From Alphaproteobacteria bacterium (lineage in GTDB: Bacteria; Pseudomonadota; Alphaproteobacteria; UBA2966): 64,000 nt of DNA. Made by a program: the position numbers and the translations under genes. The notes under the pieces are model-generated. The model had not been told where the DNA came from. It saw nothing but the letters and a program-made list of their open reading frames with translations, and did not search any database. This document shows positions 10,785-22,360 of the stretch, in pieces (the stretch's first letter is position 1; every line of letters begins with the position of its first letter). The stretch is from contig OZ219858.1 in NCBI GenBank assembly GCA_964291395.2, positions 320,001 through 384,000 on the forward strand. Direction: 5' to 3'.

Positions 10785-13700
10785 TTGAAAAACGGACTGA
10801 TCGCATATTTTGTCGGGAATCCTGTCGCTGCCAGGCTCTTGATGATTTTCCTGATCCTCGGGGGTGTCATTGCCGGTTTACAACTCCGGTTCCAGAACGC
10901 CCCGGATCTGGACCTGCGTACGGTCACGATCACGCTGGCGTCACCGGGTTCCTCTCCCAGGGAGGTCGAGGAAGACATCAACCGCCGCATCGAGGAAAGC
11001 GTGGTCGGGCTCGCAGGAGTGGCCCGCGTCGTGGGCATAGCATCGGAAGGTTTCGCTCGAATTGAGGTGGAGCTCGAATCTTTTGCAAACGCGGACGCCG
11101 TCCTGGCTGATATCAAGAATGCGGTGGACGGCATTGAGAATTTTCCGCCCGCGAGCGCGGAGGCGCCGAGGGTGGAGATCAAGAAACTGTCGACCGAAGT
11201 ACTGACACTCTCCGTTTCGTCGCCGACACTGTCCGAGAACAGGCTCCGTCTGACGGCCGAGGACATTCGCGACGAGTTATTGGCCCTGCCTTCTGTGTCC
11301 TTGGTTCGCTTAAGGGGCACACGCGATAGAGAAATCGCGATCGAGATGAGCGAAGAGGAGTTGCGCCGCAATAATCTGTCCCTTTCCGAAGTGGCGAGGA
11401 AGGTGCGGCGGGCGTCGGTCAACCTGACATTTGGTGAATTGCGCACGGATGCAGGTGGAGTGGTCCTTCAGGTTATCGGGAAAAAAACGACCGGCAAGGA
11501 ATTTGAAAGCATTCCCCTGACGACTCGAGTCGACGGCACAATCATAAGGCTCGGCGACGTGGCAGAAATTCGCGACGGACTTGCCGACGAGCAAATAGTA
11601 TCCGAGGTCGACGGCAAGCCAACGCTGTTCGTTCGCGTCGAAGCGACCCAAGAACAATCGATCGTAGACGTCGCCGATAACGTCACGGAATGGCTTGCCA
11701 ACTACAAGCCTCCGGCCGGCGTCGAGGTCGATATCTGGGGTGACAGGGTCAAACCGATTTTCGACAGGTTCTCGGAAATATTGAGTAATGCCCTTATTGG
11801 AATCGTCCTTGTATTCGTTTGCCTCGTTCTTGTCTTCGATCTTCGGGTCGCGACCTGGATCACAGTGGGAATCCCCTTGTCGTTTGTCGCATCGTTGATG
11901 TTCTTTGAGATCGCGGGCCTGACCCTCAATATGGGAACGCTGTTTGCGTTCTTCTTGCTGATCGGCATCGTGGTCGACGACGCAGTTGTGGTAGGAGAGA
12001 GCATTGCGGCCGAAAGAGACCAGGGCAAGACCGCTCGGGAAGCGGCGATCTCTGGAGCCAAGATTGTTGTGGGGCCGATCACCGTAGGCGTACTCACAAC
12101 CGTTCTGGCATTTGTGCCACTTCTATTCGTAACGGCAGGAAATTACCAGATCGTACAGGTATTTCCCTACGTCGCATTTTTGGTCCTCTTTATTTCGCTC
12201 GCCGAAGCGTTCTGCATTTTGCCGTCGCATCTATCGCACGAAAAGGGATGGAGTCTTTCACCGCTACGCGATGTTCAGGAACGTGTGCGCGGTCGGCTCG
12301 ACGAATTGCGGGACGCCATCGTGGTCCCGATAGTCTCCTGGTCTGTCCGGCATGTCTTCTTGACATTTGCTTTCGGGATAGTTTTCGTGCTTGCCGCGAT
12401 TTGGTTGGTACGTTCAGAAACCGTCCGGGTGATCGTCTTTGACAGCGCCGCCAATCTCGGCAACACGATTCAGGCCGATCTGGAGTTGCCGGTCGGTGCT
12501 CCTTTCGATGCGACCGTAGCCGCGGCGCAGCGTTTCGTCCGAGCGGCCCGCGGCATTAACGAACAACTTGAAGGAGAGTCGATCAAGTCGGTTAGCCTCA
12601 TTGTGGGCAACCTTGGCGGCATCGCTGCGTCTCGGACGGGTCAAGACGACTCGATTCGGAGTCATCTCGCAACGGTGAGGCTGCAGCTCCATGACCGACC
12701 GCTTCGCGAGGCGTCGCCCGAAGTCATCGAGAGGGTATGGCGTCAAAATGTCGGCAACATGTCAAACTTGGAAAACGTCTCCATCCAGACCACCCGGGTC
12801 CGGTTCCAGCCCCCGGTCGCATACGCGCTCGTTCACGACGATCTTGAGGTCCTCCAGAAGGCTGCCGAAGAGTTGAGGTCGTTCATGGGCACGGTGTCCG
12901 GTCTCTACGGGCTATCGGACAGCCTGTCGCTCGGCAAGCGGTACTTCGAAATTCAGCTGACCCCGGCGGGGCAGGCGGCCGGGCTGACGCCGGCGATGAT
13001 CGGCAAGCAGCTGCGGGCCAACCTGCACGGTCTGGAAGTCCAGCGAATCCAACGCGGCCGCGACGAAATAAGAGTTGTGGTCCGGTATCCGGCGGAACGG
13101 CGGCGAAGCCTGCAAGAACTCGCCAGAGAGCGGATTGTCGGCCGTAACGGCAAAGAAATTCCGCTGTCCACCGTGGCACGTATCACTGAAAAACGGGAAC
13201 TCGCCACACTGACGCGCATCGATGGAAAGCCTGCGGCCTTGGTCAATGCATTTGCCGATTTCAACGAGACCACTCCGATACGGGCAAGGCGCGCAATCGC
13301 GCAGGAGTTCCTTCCCGACTTGCTCGCAAAATACCCTGGCCTCTCGATTTCCCGGGACGCCGGAGCCCGCGAGGAAAGGGCTATGCTCGAAACGTTAGGA
13401 GTGCTGGTGCCGATCGTCCTAGTCATCATGTACGGGCTGATGGCGTCATTCCTGCGGAGCTATTGGAAGCCGCTCGTAGCCGTGGTCGGCGTCCCGGTCG
13501 CCTTCGCCGGGGCTGTGATCGGCCATTGGGTGCTAGGTTGGCATCTGACCGCCATATCTCTGTTCGGCATGATTGGGGTCGCCGGGGTCATCGTCAATGA
13601 CGCGTTGGTTTTGCTCGATCGCTACAACACAATCCGCCGCGAGAACAAATCGATCCCGGCTATCGCGGCTGCGGCCGGGGCCACGCGAGACCGCTTTCGC

Positions 13701-13889
13701 GCGGTATTCCTGACCTCTCTGACAACCGTGTTGGGCCTCTCGCCGTTGCTCTACGAGCGAAGCGACGAGCTTTTGTTCCTCGTGCCGTTCGTGGTCAGCA
13801 TGCTGGGTGGCCTCCTTGCCGCGGGTATCTTCACACTGTTCGTCCTGCCGGCTCTGGTGATGTTCGTCGAGGGCCGCAGGGAAGCCTAG
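10785..13889 (+). CDS. AcrB/AcrD/AcrF-family RND transporter
   Basis: 1034 aa; PGSSPREVEEDI, GIVVDDAVVVGE (TM4 DD), GVIVNDALVL, RFRAVFLTSLTT. Confidence 0.95.
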   Translation: MKNGLIAYFVGNPVAARLLMIFLILGGVIAGLQLRFQNAPDLDLRTVTITLASPGSSPREVEEDINRRIEESVVGLAGVARVVGIASEGFARIEVELESFANADAVLADIKNAVDGIENFPPASAEAPRVEIKKLSTEVLTLSVSSPTLSENRLRLTAEDIRDELLALPSVSLVRLRGTRDREIAIEMSEEELRRNNLSLSEVARKVRRASVNLTFGELRTDAGGVVLQVIGKKTTGKEFESIPLTTRVDGTIIRLGDVAEIRDGLADEQIVSEVDGKPTLFVRVEATQEQSIVDVADNVTEWLANYKPPAGVEVDIWGDRVKPIFDRFSEILSNALIGIVLVFVCLVLVFDLRVATWITVGIPLSFVASLMFFEIAGLTLNMGTLFAFFLLIGIVVDDAVVVGESIAAERDQGKTAREAAISGAKIVVGPITVGVLTTVLAFVPLLFVTAGNYQIVQVFPYVAFLVLFISLAEAFCILPSHLSHEKGWSLSPLRDVQERVRGRLDELRDAIVVPIVSWSVRHVFLTFAFGIVFVLAAIWLVRSETVRVIVFDSAANLGNTIQADLELPVGAPFDATVAAAQRFVRAARGINEQLEGESIKSVSLIVGNLGGIAASRTGQDDSIRSHLATVRLQLHDRPLREASPEVIERVWRQNVGNMSNLENVSIQTTRVRFQPPVAYALVHDDLEVLQKAAEELRSFMGTVSGLYGLSDSLSLGKRYFEIQLTPAGQAAGLTPAMIGKQLRANLHGLEVQRIQRGRDEIRVVVRYPAERRRSLQELARERIVGRNGKEIPLSTVARITEKRELATLTRIDGKPAALVNAFADFNETTPIRARRAIAQEFLPDLLAKYPGLSISRDAGAREERAMLETLGVLVPIVLVIMYGLMASFLRSYWKPLVAVVGVPVAFAGAVIGHWVLGWHLTAISLFGMIGVAGVIVNDALVLLDRYNTIRRENKSIPAIAAAAGATRDRFRAVFLTSLTTVLGLSPLLYERSDELLFLVPFVVSMLGGLLAAGIFTLFVLPALVMFVEGRREA

Positions 13890-14177
13890 GAGATCGAAGC
13901 CTCGGGAGACTGAGGGACCCTCGCTGATGCCTTCGCTTGAGTCCGGCACCAGTCGCGCTGATGTAATTGTGTCACTGCGTTACGATGATGAAGCCACGCA
14001 CCTCAGCGGCGGCGGGATCGTGTGCCAGCGCGTCGGCGTCGAAGAGCACGCTCGGGACGACCGGATCGATGGCCGCGCGCGCTCCCTTCCATGGATGAGG
14101 TTCGTGCGAACCCTTCCCTTTGCATTGACCGTCAGCACCTCGCTATGCAGGCGCCGCATCAGTGGGCGAGTTCGAAC

Positions 14178-14942
14178 ATGAACGTCAACGGGCAAACGGC
14201 GATCGTTACCGGGGGCGCATCCGGACTGGGCGAAGCGACCGCGCAAGCGCTCGCGGCCGCTGGCGCCAGGGTGGGCATCCTCGACATGAACGAGGATCTG
14301 GCACGAAGGGTTGCGGCTGAGATCGGCGGTGCCGCCGCGGTGTGCGACGTGGTCGACTCCGCGAGCCACGAGGCCGCCGTCGCAGAAGTGCGCGAGCAAT
14401 TGGGACCGGCACGCATATTGGTCGCCTGCGCGGGCATCGCTCCCAGCGCCAAGCTGATAGGACGCGACGGCAAAGCAAGTCCGCTCGGAACAGTCACCCG
14501 CGCGATCGGCGTCAACCTGATCGGCACTATCAACTCGTGCCGGCTGGCTGCCGCCGACATGGCCGCTCTGGAGCCGATGAACGACAACGAGCGCGGCTGC
14601 ATCGTAACCACGGCCTCGGTTGCCGCCTTCGAGGGGCAGAGCGGACAGCTCGACTACGCCGCGTCGAAGGGCGGCGTCGCGGCGATGACGATCCCGCTGG
14701 CGCGCGAGCTTGCCAGCGAGGGCATCCGCGTGAACTGCATCGCGCCCGGTCTGATGGACACGCCGATGATGGGCGGCTTGTCAGGGCCGGCGAAGCAATT
14801 TCTGCTCGAAACGACGGTTTATCCCAAGCGCCTCGGAGGCGCGGACGAGTACGCCGCGCTGGTCGTCCATATCGCGGAGAACACCTTCATGAACGGCTCA
14901 GTGATCCGGTTCGATGGCGCGCTCCGAATGGGACCGAAATAG
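14178..14942 (+). CDS. SDR, 3-hydroxyacyl-CoA dehydrogenase type 2 (HSD17B10-like)
   Basis: AIVTGGASGLG, VACAGI, ERGCIVTTASVAAFEGQ, YAASKGG, IRVNCIAPG. Confidence 0.9.
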   Translation: MNVNGQTAIVTGGASGLGEATAQALAAAGARVGILDMNEDLARRVAAEIGGAAAVCDVVDSASHEAAVAEVREQLGPARILVACAGIAPSAKLIGRDGKASPLGTVTRAIGVNLIGTINSCRLAAADMAALEPMNDNERGCIVTTASVAAFEGQSGQLDYAASKGGVAAMTIPLARELASEGIRVNCIAPGLMDTPMMGGLSGPAKQFLLETTVYPKRLGGADEYAALVVHIAENTFMNGSVIRFDGALRMGPK

Positions 14943-15235
14943 CGCACGCCATGGTAAGGAGGCGATTAGCTCGTCGAGCGAGCGAGAGAACCCGCGACCA
15001 TTGGGGCCCGCGATGTGCCGCTCGCTGTCAATTGCCAAGAAGTACATATGCTGCTTCCGTTATACGTCCATGGACACAACCTGCGCACTTCACGACGACC
15101 TCGTGGACTGCGAACAATGACCGCACTAGAATGGATATGGAGACCTAATTTCCTTCATGTTTTGGCAAATTTCAGGCGATTGGCCGACGATCGTCGCCGA
15201 GCGGTTGTCGCCTTGGCGATACACCGAATAACGGC

Positions 15236-18200
15236 GTGGCTCTAGCAAGTACGGACAACGATGTTGCCATCGTCGGGTACAGCCATCGCATGCCCGGTGG
15301 CATACAGTCGGATTCCGATTTCTGGACCCTGCTCAGCAGGCGGGACATCGTCCAAGAGCCGATCACCGACCGCTACGGAAAAGGCCACTTGCCCATCGGG
15401 GAGTTTTCAGGCCCGGGGCGTCTTGCCAGTCCCTATGAGGGACTGTTTCGCGACGATGAAGAACTGCTTTTCGACCGCACGTTCTTCGGCATGTCCCACA
15501 ACGAACTGAGGCAGACCGAACCGCAGGTGAGGATGCTGCTGAATTGCGCGTGGGAAGCCATCGAACACGTTGGATGGGACCTTCATTCGTTGCGCAACAG
15601 CCCCACCGGGGTCTTCATAGGTTCGCAGGTTCCGGCCGTGTCCAACTGGCGGCCGCAGCATGGCGTCACGGAGAATTCCGTCTCCGGCATCAGCCTCGCC
15701 ATGCTGGCCAACCGGGTCTCCTACCACTTCAACCTCATGGGGTCGTCCGCAACCTACTGCACGGCCTGTTCCGCCGGCCTGAGCGCCCTGCACGCGGCGA
15801 TGAACGCGCTGGCGTGCGGCGATTGCGACCAGGCTCTGGTCGGCGCCGTCACCTACCTGGGCAGCGCCAGGATGAGCAGCGGCTTCAACCTCATGGGAGT
15901 CATCAGCCCGGAGGGCAAGTGCCATTCCTTCGACGCCGAAGCCGACGGCTACATGCGCTCCGAAGGATCGTTCGTCTTTGCCATCAAACCCCTGGCGGCG
16001 GCCGAGCGGGACGGGGACCCGATCTACGCCGTGATCGAGGCGACCGCGGTCAACGCGGCAGGGACGGCCGACGGCACGCCCGGTCTCGCGCCGGGGCGTT
16101 ACATCAGCGCGCCAACTCGTCATTCCCAAGTCCAGCTGATGCGCGAGGCCTCGACGCGCGCCGGCCGCACCGCTCTCGACTTCGACTACATCGAGGCGCA
16201 CGCGACCGGAACCGCAGTCGGCGATCCCATCGAGGGCAACGCCATCGCCGAGGCCTTTGGCGGCTTCGAGCGCGAAATCCCGCTGCGGGTCTCCAGCGTG
16301 AAGAGCAACGTCGGGCACATGGAAGCCGCCGCCTTCCACTGCGCCCTGCTCAAGGTCGTTCTGATGATGCAACGGCGCACCTTCGCGCCGACATCGAACA
16401 ACTTTCAGGTGCCCAATCCGGAGATCGACTTCGAGAGCTGCCCCATGCGGGTGCAGACGGACTGCGAGTCGTTCCCCGACCGTCCCGTGGTCGTCGGGAT
16501 CAACTCGTTCGGCTTCGGCGGCGCCAACGGGCATTGCGTGGTGCGCGAGTACCGGCCGGCGCTGTCAAGGCTCTGGTCGGTGCCGCTGGCGCCGGAGGCG
16601 GGCTACATGGTCCCGCTCTCGGCGCGAACGCCCAAGGCGCTCACCGAGAGCGCGCGCCGTCTGCGCCGCCTGCTCGATGAGCAGCCGATGGACCTCTACG
16701 CGCTCGCCGGCAACCTCAGCCGCCGCCGCACCCATTTCGCCGCACGGACGGCGTTCGCGGCGCACAGCTTGCTCGATCTGACCGAGGCGCTGGATGCCTT
16801 CGTGGAAGACGGCGCTGCCATCGCCACGGCGGAGGAGGGCGAGCGGCGGCTGGTCATGGTGTTCGCCGGGCAGGGGACGCAGTGGGCCGGTTGCGGGCGC
16901 GATCTCTACGAGGCCCATCCCGTCTTCCGCCGCGCCATCGACGCCATCGACGAGCACTGGCGCGCGCATGCTGAGACCTCGTTGCGCGAGGCCTGTTTCA
17001 CGGCTCCCCAGGAGGAGCTCGACGAGGTTCAACTCGCCCAACCCGCGATCTTCATGATCCAGTGCGCGCTGGTAGAACTGTTCAAGACCTGGGGCGTCTA
17101 TCCCGACTGCGTGGTGGGACACAGCTCCGGCGAGGTGGCCGCGGCGTACGCGTGCGGCGCGCTTTCGCTCGCCGACGCGACGCGCCTGGTCTACCACCGG
17201 GCTACCCTGCAGCAGCGCGTGGCCGGCTCCGGCCGCATGCTGGCGATCGGCCTCGACAAGACGGGTGTGGAGGAACTGCTGGACGGGCTGAACATCCCCT
17301 TCCGCCTAGACGGCGACCGGCCCGTTCAGGTCGAGATCGCCTGCGAGAACGCGCCGGCAAACACCGTCATCTGCGGTCGCGAAGACGATCTGCAGCCGGC
17401 GATGGAGGAGCTGGATCGGCGCAGCCTCCAGAACCGGCTGATCCCCGGCAACATCGCCTTTCACTCCCGGGCGATGGACGCCATCAGGGACGATGCGCTG
17501 GAGGCGCTCTCGTTCCTCGACGATCTCTCCTTCGACGCCGACGTGCAGTTCATCTCGTCTGTGACGGGTGCCGAGACGGAGCGGCTGGACAGCGCCTACT
17601 GGTGGTCCAACATCCGCCAGGCAGTCCGCTTCGCCGCAGCGATGGAGACCGTCAAGCGCGACCACCGGCCCGACGTGGCGCTGGAGCTCGCGCCTCACTC
17701 GGCCCTGCAACCCATCGTCGCGCAATGCATGGAAGACGTGGCATCGCCGCCCGTCTCCATTCCAACCCTGATGCGGGACACCGATACCTGCCTTGGCTTC
17801 CATGAGGCTTTGGGCAACCTCTTCAAGGCCGGCGTGTCGTCTGGACTTCGCTGCGCAGTACCCGCGTCCGGACCCCATCGTCCATCTGCTGCCGGGGCAT
17901 CCGAGGGACGAGCAGAAGACCGTCGACAACAGGCTGGACGACGAGTTTTTCCTGAAACAAGGCGACTACGCGCATGGTCCGCTGGTCGGCCACCGGATCG
18001 CGAGCGATCATCTCCTGTTCGAAGCACGGCTCTCCGAGGCGGCCTTTCCCTGGCTCGCGGAACACCGTGTCCATCACGCGTCGATCATGCCGGCCGCCGG
18101 CTACATTGAGCTGATACTGCAGGCCCTGGGCGGCATTCCGGTCCATTTCGACGTACTCGAGTTCCTGCAGCCGTGTCCCATCCCGAGGACGCCTGTCAGG

Positions 18201-21200
18201 CTGCAAACAGCCCTTTATCCGGTTCCCAATTCCGACGGTGAGTTCACCTTCCAGATTTCGACGCTGCCCTACGAGGTCGATCCGAAGAGCGAGCTGCACT
18301 GCCGCGGGAGGGTGCGCTTGATCAGCGTGCGACCGGAGCTGGACGCACCGGAAACGCTGTCGGACTTGGAGACGTCGGCTTACGAGCCTCTTCAATATGC
18401 CGCCGACGATGAAATCTACGAGCGCTTCGAAGTGGTTCTCGGGGAAACCTTCCAGTACGGCCCCCACTTCAGGAACATTCGGAAGCTCAGGCGTGAGCGA
18501 GAGACCGGCCGCCTCCTGCTGGATGTCGGCGTCGACGAGGCGCTGTGGGCGGGTGCAAGAGAAGAGGGATACGTCTCCTTTCCGCCTCTTCTCGACGGCG
18601 GGCTGCAGTCGTTTCTCTACGACTTGATGCTTGGCGCTGATCGTTTTGCCATTCCTCTGCGGGCGGAAAACGTGACGTTCTTGGGCGCGCCGACGGTGCC
18701 GCGCCTCGTTTGCCAACTGACCTATCCCGGCGGCAAGCGGTACGAAGTCGATGACAAGGGTCAATACAACGTTCCCAACGGCGAGTGGGTTTCCGGCCGG
18801 TTGAACTTCTACGACGAGGCGACCGGCGCGCTCACCCTTCACGTCGAGAAATACATCTCCTTCATCTCGTATCCCAGGCGGGTTGACCTGCCGCACAGCA
18901 AGCACCGTATCGCCTGGCAACCGAAGTTCGTCGCCGACGGCCGCGAGATCGCGGACCGGCTGCCCGGGGGCGAGATCGAGCCGTCGGCCCTGCTTGCCGC
19001 CCTGGAACGGGGGGAGGACGGCGACGGGCGAGTCTGCCATGCGCTGGAGTTCGCGGGCTCCAGGGAGCCGGAGCAGACCGTGCTTCAGAGCTGCCTCGAC
19101 CACCTCTCACGGGAGGAGACGCAGAGCGAGTTCTGGCTCGTCGCCGACGATGAGGAGGGCGCGCGGACATGCTTCGAGGCCTTCCACGCGCAGGACGCCG
19201 CGCTGCGCTTCGACTGCCTCGATCCGGCTGCGCGGCAGCCCTCCGCGCTCGATACGGGCCTGCTGCGCTCCGGTGCGGCGGAAGTCCTGTTCCTCCACCG
19301 CGACGAGGATGCGTTCATGCCCGACGACTGGCGGTTCTGGCAGGAGGTGGCGGTCGCGGGCGGATTGGCGCTGGTTTCCCACGCGGACGGCGCGGACATA
19401 GAGCCCGGCGCGGGCTGGACCACGCTTCGTGCCGGACGGCGAGCGACTCTGCTGCAGGCGCCGCCGCAGCGGGCGGGCGAAAGGGATGAGGCGGTGCTGC
19501 CGGCTCCGCGCTGGGTGATGGGGGCGCCCGATAGCCTGGCGAGGGACTGGACATCCCTACTCGACAATCCTGCGGTCTACCCGATCCCCTTCGAGGGCCC
19601 CGCGTCAAGCGATCCCTTCGAGGTCGAGACGTGGCCGCAGGCGGCGGACGTGCAGGCGATCGACGTTTTCTGCGACTGGGATCCGGAGGATGCGACGGGC
19701 GAGAGGGCGGTCTCGCAATTCGTCGCCCTGATTCAGTCGCTGGTGCCCTACAGGATCGACCAGGCCAGCTGCCCATGCCGCGTCACCGTGGCGACCCGCA
19801 AGGCGGTGTTCGAGCCTGAGGATGCACGCGGCAGCGCGCTCTGGGGTGCGGTGCGCACCATGGCGATGGAGATCGGCGAAGAGGCCCAGCTCGACTTCCG
19901 CCTCGTGGACCTGGGAGCCGCCGACGACCTGGAGACGCTGGCGTGGATCGCGCGGCACGACCTGCGCGAGCGCGAGCTTGCGGTGCGCGAGGGTCGCCTG
20001 TGGGTGCCGCGCGTCGTAAGCAATCGCGATCAGTACCCGAGCATCCCCGCCGGAGAGGACCCTCCCTACCGGCTCTTCCTGGACAATGCGGGGCAGATCG
20101 GCGGCCTCAGGATGAAGACCTACGATCCTCCGCCGCTGGCCCCGCACGCCGTGGAGATCGACGTCGTCGCGTCCGCACTCAACTTCCGCGACGTCATGGT
20201 GACGCTCGGGCTGCTGCCGTCACTGGCCTACGAGCGCTCCGCACTCGGCCGCGAGGTCGGCATGGAAGCGAGCGGCGTAGTCCGCCGCGCCGGCACGGCC
20301 GTGGAAGGGCTCGAGCCCGGCGATGAGGTGGTCTTCGTCGACGGCGGCTGTATCGCCAATCGCACTGTGGTGGGCCAGCACCGCGTGTTCCTTAAGCCCG
20401 CGGGCCTCACCATGGAAGAGGCCGCGTCATCGCTCTCGGTCTACGTCACCGCCTACTACTCGCTGATTCACCTGGCCCGGCTGCGCAAGGGCCAGCGCGT
20501 CCTGATTCACTCGGCCATGGGCGGCATCGGACAGGCCGCCATCGCGCTCGCCAACAACGTAGGCGCCGAGATTTATGCAACCGCGGGGAGCGAGAACAAA
20601 CGCGACCAGTTGCTCGCGCTCGGCGTCCGGGCGGCCTTCGATTCCCACAGCGAGGACTGGTACGACGGGTTGATGAAGGCGACCGGCGGCCAGGGTGTCG
20701 ATGTCGTGCTGAACTCCCTCGCGGGCCGCCACGTTCCGCTCTGCTTGCAGGCGCTCAGGGCGGGCGGCTGGCATTGCGAAATCGGCAAGGTCGACATCTA
20801 CGCCGACAGCGCCCTCGGCCTCCGCGTCTTCCGCAAGAACCTGCGCTTCGCGGCCATCGACCTCGACCGCCTGATGGTGGACGACCCGCTGCTCTCCCGC
20901 GAGCTCTCCCAGGCCTGCCTCGACCTGCTCGATCGTGGTGTGGTGCCGCCGTTGCCGGTCACCGCTTTCTCCTACGGCGACTACGCGAAGGCGCTCCGCC
21001 TGATGACCTCCGGCAAGCACCAAGGAAAACTGGTGCTGAAGGCGCCGCCGGCGTCCGCCGATCCGGACTTTCCCATCGACGACCGGCGGCCGTTGCTGGA
21101 CCCCGAGGGGACCTATCTCGTGACCGGCGGCCTCGGCGGCTTCGGTCCGCGGCTCCTGCCCTACCTGGTCACAGCCGGCGCCCGCCACCTGACCCTGATG

Positions 21201-22298
21201 GACCGCGATCCCGAGCGCCGCCGCAGCGAGAACTGGCTGCGCCAATCCACGACTCTTGCGGACATAGGGCAGGGGGTCGAGATCGACATCGTTTCCGGCG
21301 ACGTGGCGGAGGAGGCCGACGTGCGCCGCTGCGTCGCCAACGTGAGGAAGCCGCTCAAGGGCGTGTTCCATCTCGCCGGCGCGCTGGACGACTGTCTGCT
21401 GGCGGACATGACGGCGGAGTCCATCGCCCGCGTGTTCGCGCCGAAGGCCCACGGCGCGCTCTATCTCCACCGTGCTACCGAAGGCCTCGCGCTCGATCAC
21501 TTCGTCATGGTGTCGTCGCTCTCGTCGGCGTTCGGCAATCCGGGGCAGATCAACTACGGCGCCGCCAACGCCTACATGGACGGCCTCGCCGCCTGCCGCC
21601 GCCGGCAAGGACTGCCGGCTTTGTCCTACAACCTGGCGGCGGTCTCCGATGCGGGCATGGCCGCGCGCAACCTCGGCCTGCTGCGATTGATGAAAGCCGC
21701 GGGCATACCCCCGGTGAGCAGCTATTGCGCCATCGCCAACCTCGACTATGCGCTCCGCACGATGGCCGATGGCGACCATCTGATCACCGCACTCTTCAAG
21801 CGCGTGCTCTGGAGCGTCGATTCCGCCGACTACATGCGGTCCGGCCGCCTGATGAGCAACCAGGATGCGTTCAAGATGGACTCCGACGAGCAACTGACGG
21901 TCGATGGCGTCATGGCGCAGATCGCCGCCAAGGTCGCCGAGCTCTGCGGCCACGACGAGGGCGGTCTGGAGGAACCCCTCTCCAGCTTCGGCCTCAACTC
22001 CATCTCCGTCGCCGAACTGGGGGCGTTCATCCAGAGCGAGTTCGGCTTCCAGGCGAGCGCGCTCGAGCTGATGACCACGGCCTCGTGCCAGTCGCTGGCG
22101 CACGCCATCGTCTTCGGCACGACGAGCGACGAGGAGGCGGAAGCCGAGACGGACGGTGAAGACATCGACGATGCGCCCCTCGCCGCGCAGCGCCTTGTTC
22201 GCCGCAAGCCCTCGGTGTTCGCCAGCCCGCCCGAAGACCACTTCCCGCCGGCGCCCTGTTCCGGAAAAGGCGCCGCGAGTGCCCTGACCGCCGAGTAG
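15236..22298 (+). CDS. Single-module highly reducing type I PKS/FAS (KS-AT-DH-psiMT-ER-KR-ACP; SwfA-like), split by a +1 frameshift at ~17840
   Basis: KS TACSAG/EAHATGT/KSNVGH; AT GHSSG, IAFHS; DH LAEHRVHHASIMP and DGGLQ; ER LIHSAMGGIGQ; KR TGGLGGFG, LDD, NYGAAN; ACP FGLNSIS. ORFs 15236-18109 and 17793-22298 join at GGC GTG TCG [T] CTG GAC TTC. Confidence 0.92.
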
Positions 22299-22360
22299 CG
22301 CGATCCGGCGACAGGGGAGCGGGCTCCGCATCGGCGCAGTGAGTATCAAGGCAAGGCAGC

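Noticed and set aside
13950-14130. Possible minus-strand gene fragment (AIDPVVPSVLFDADALAHDP)
   Set aside because: Too short to assign a family by eye
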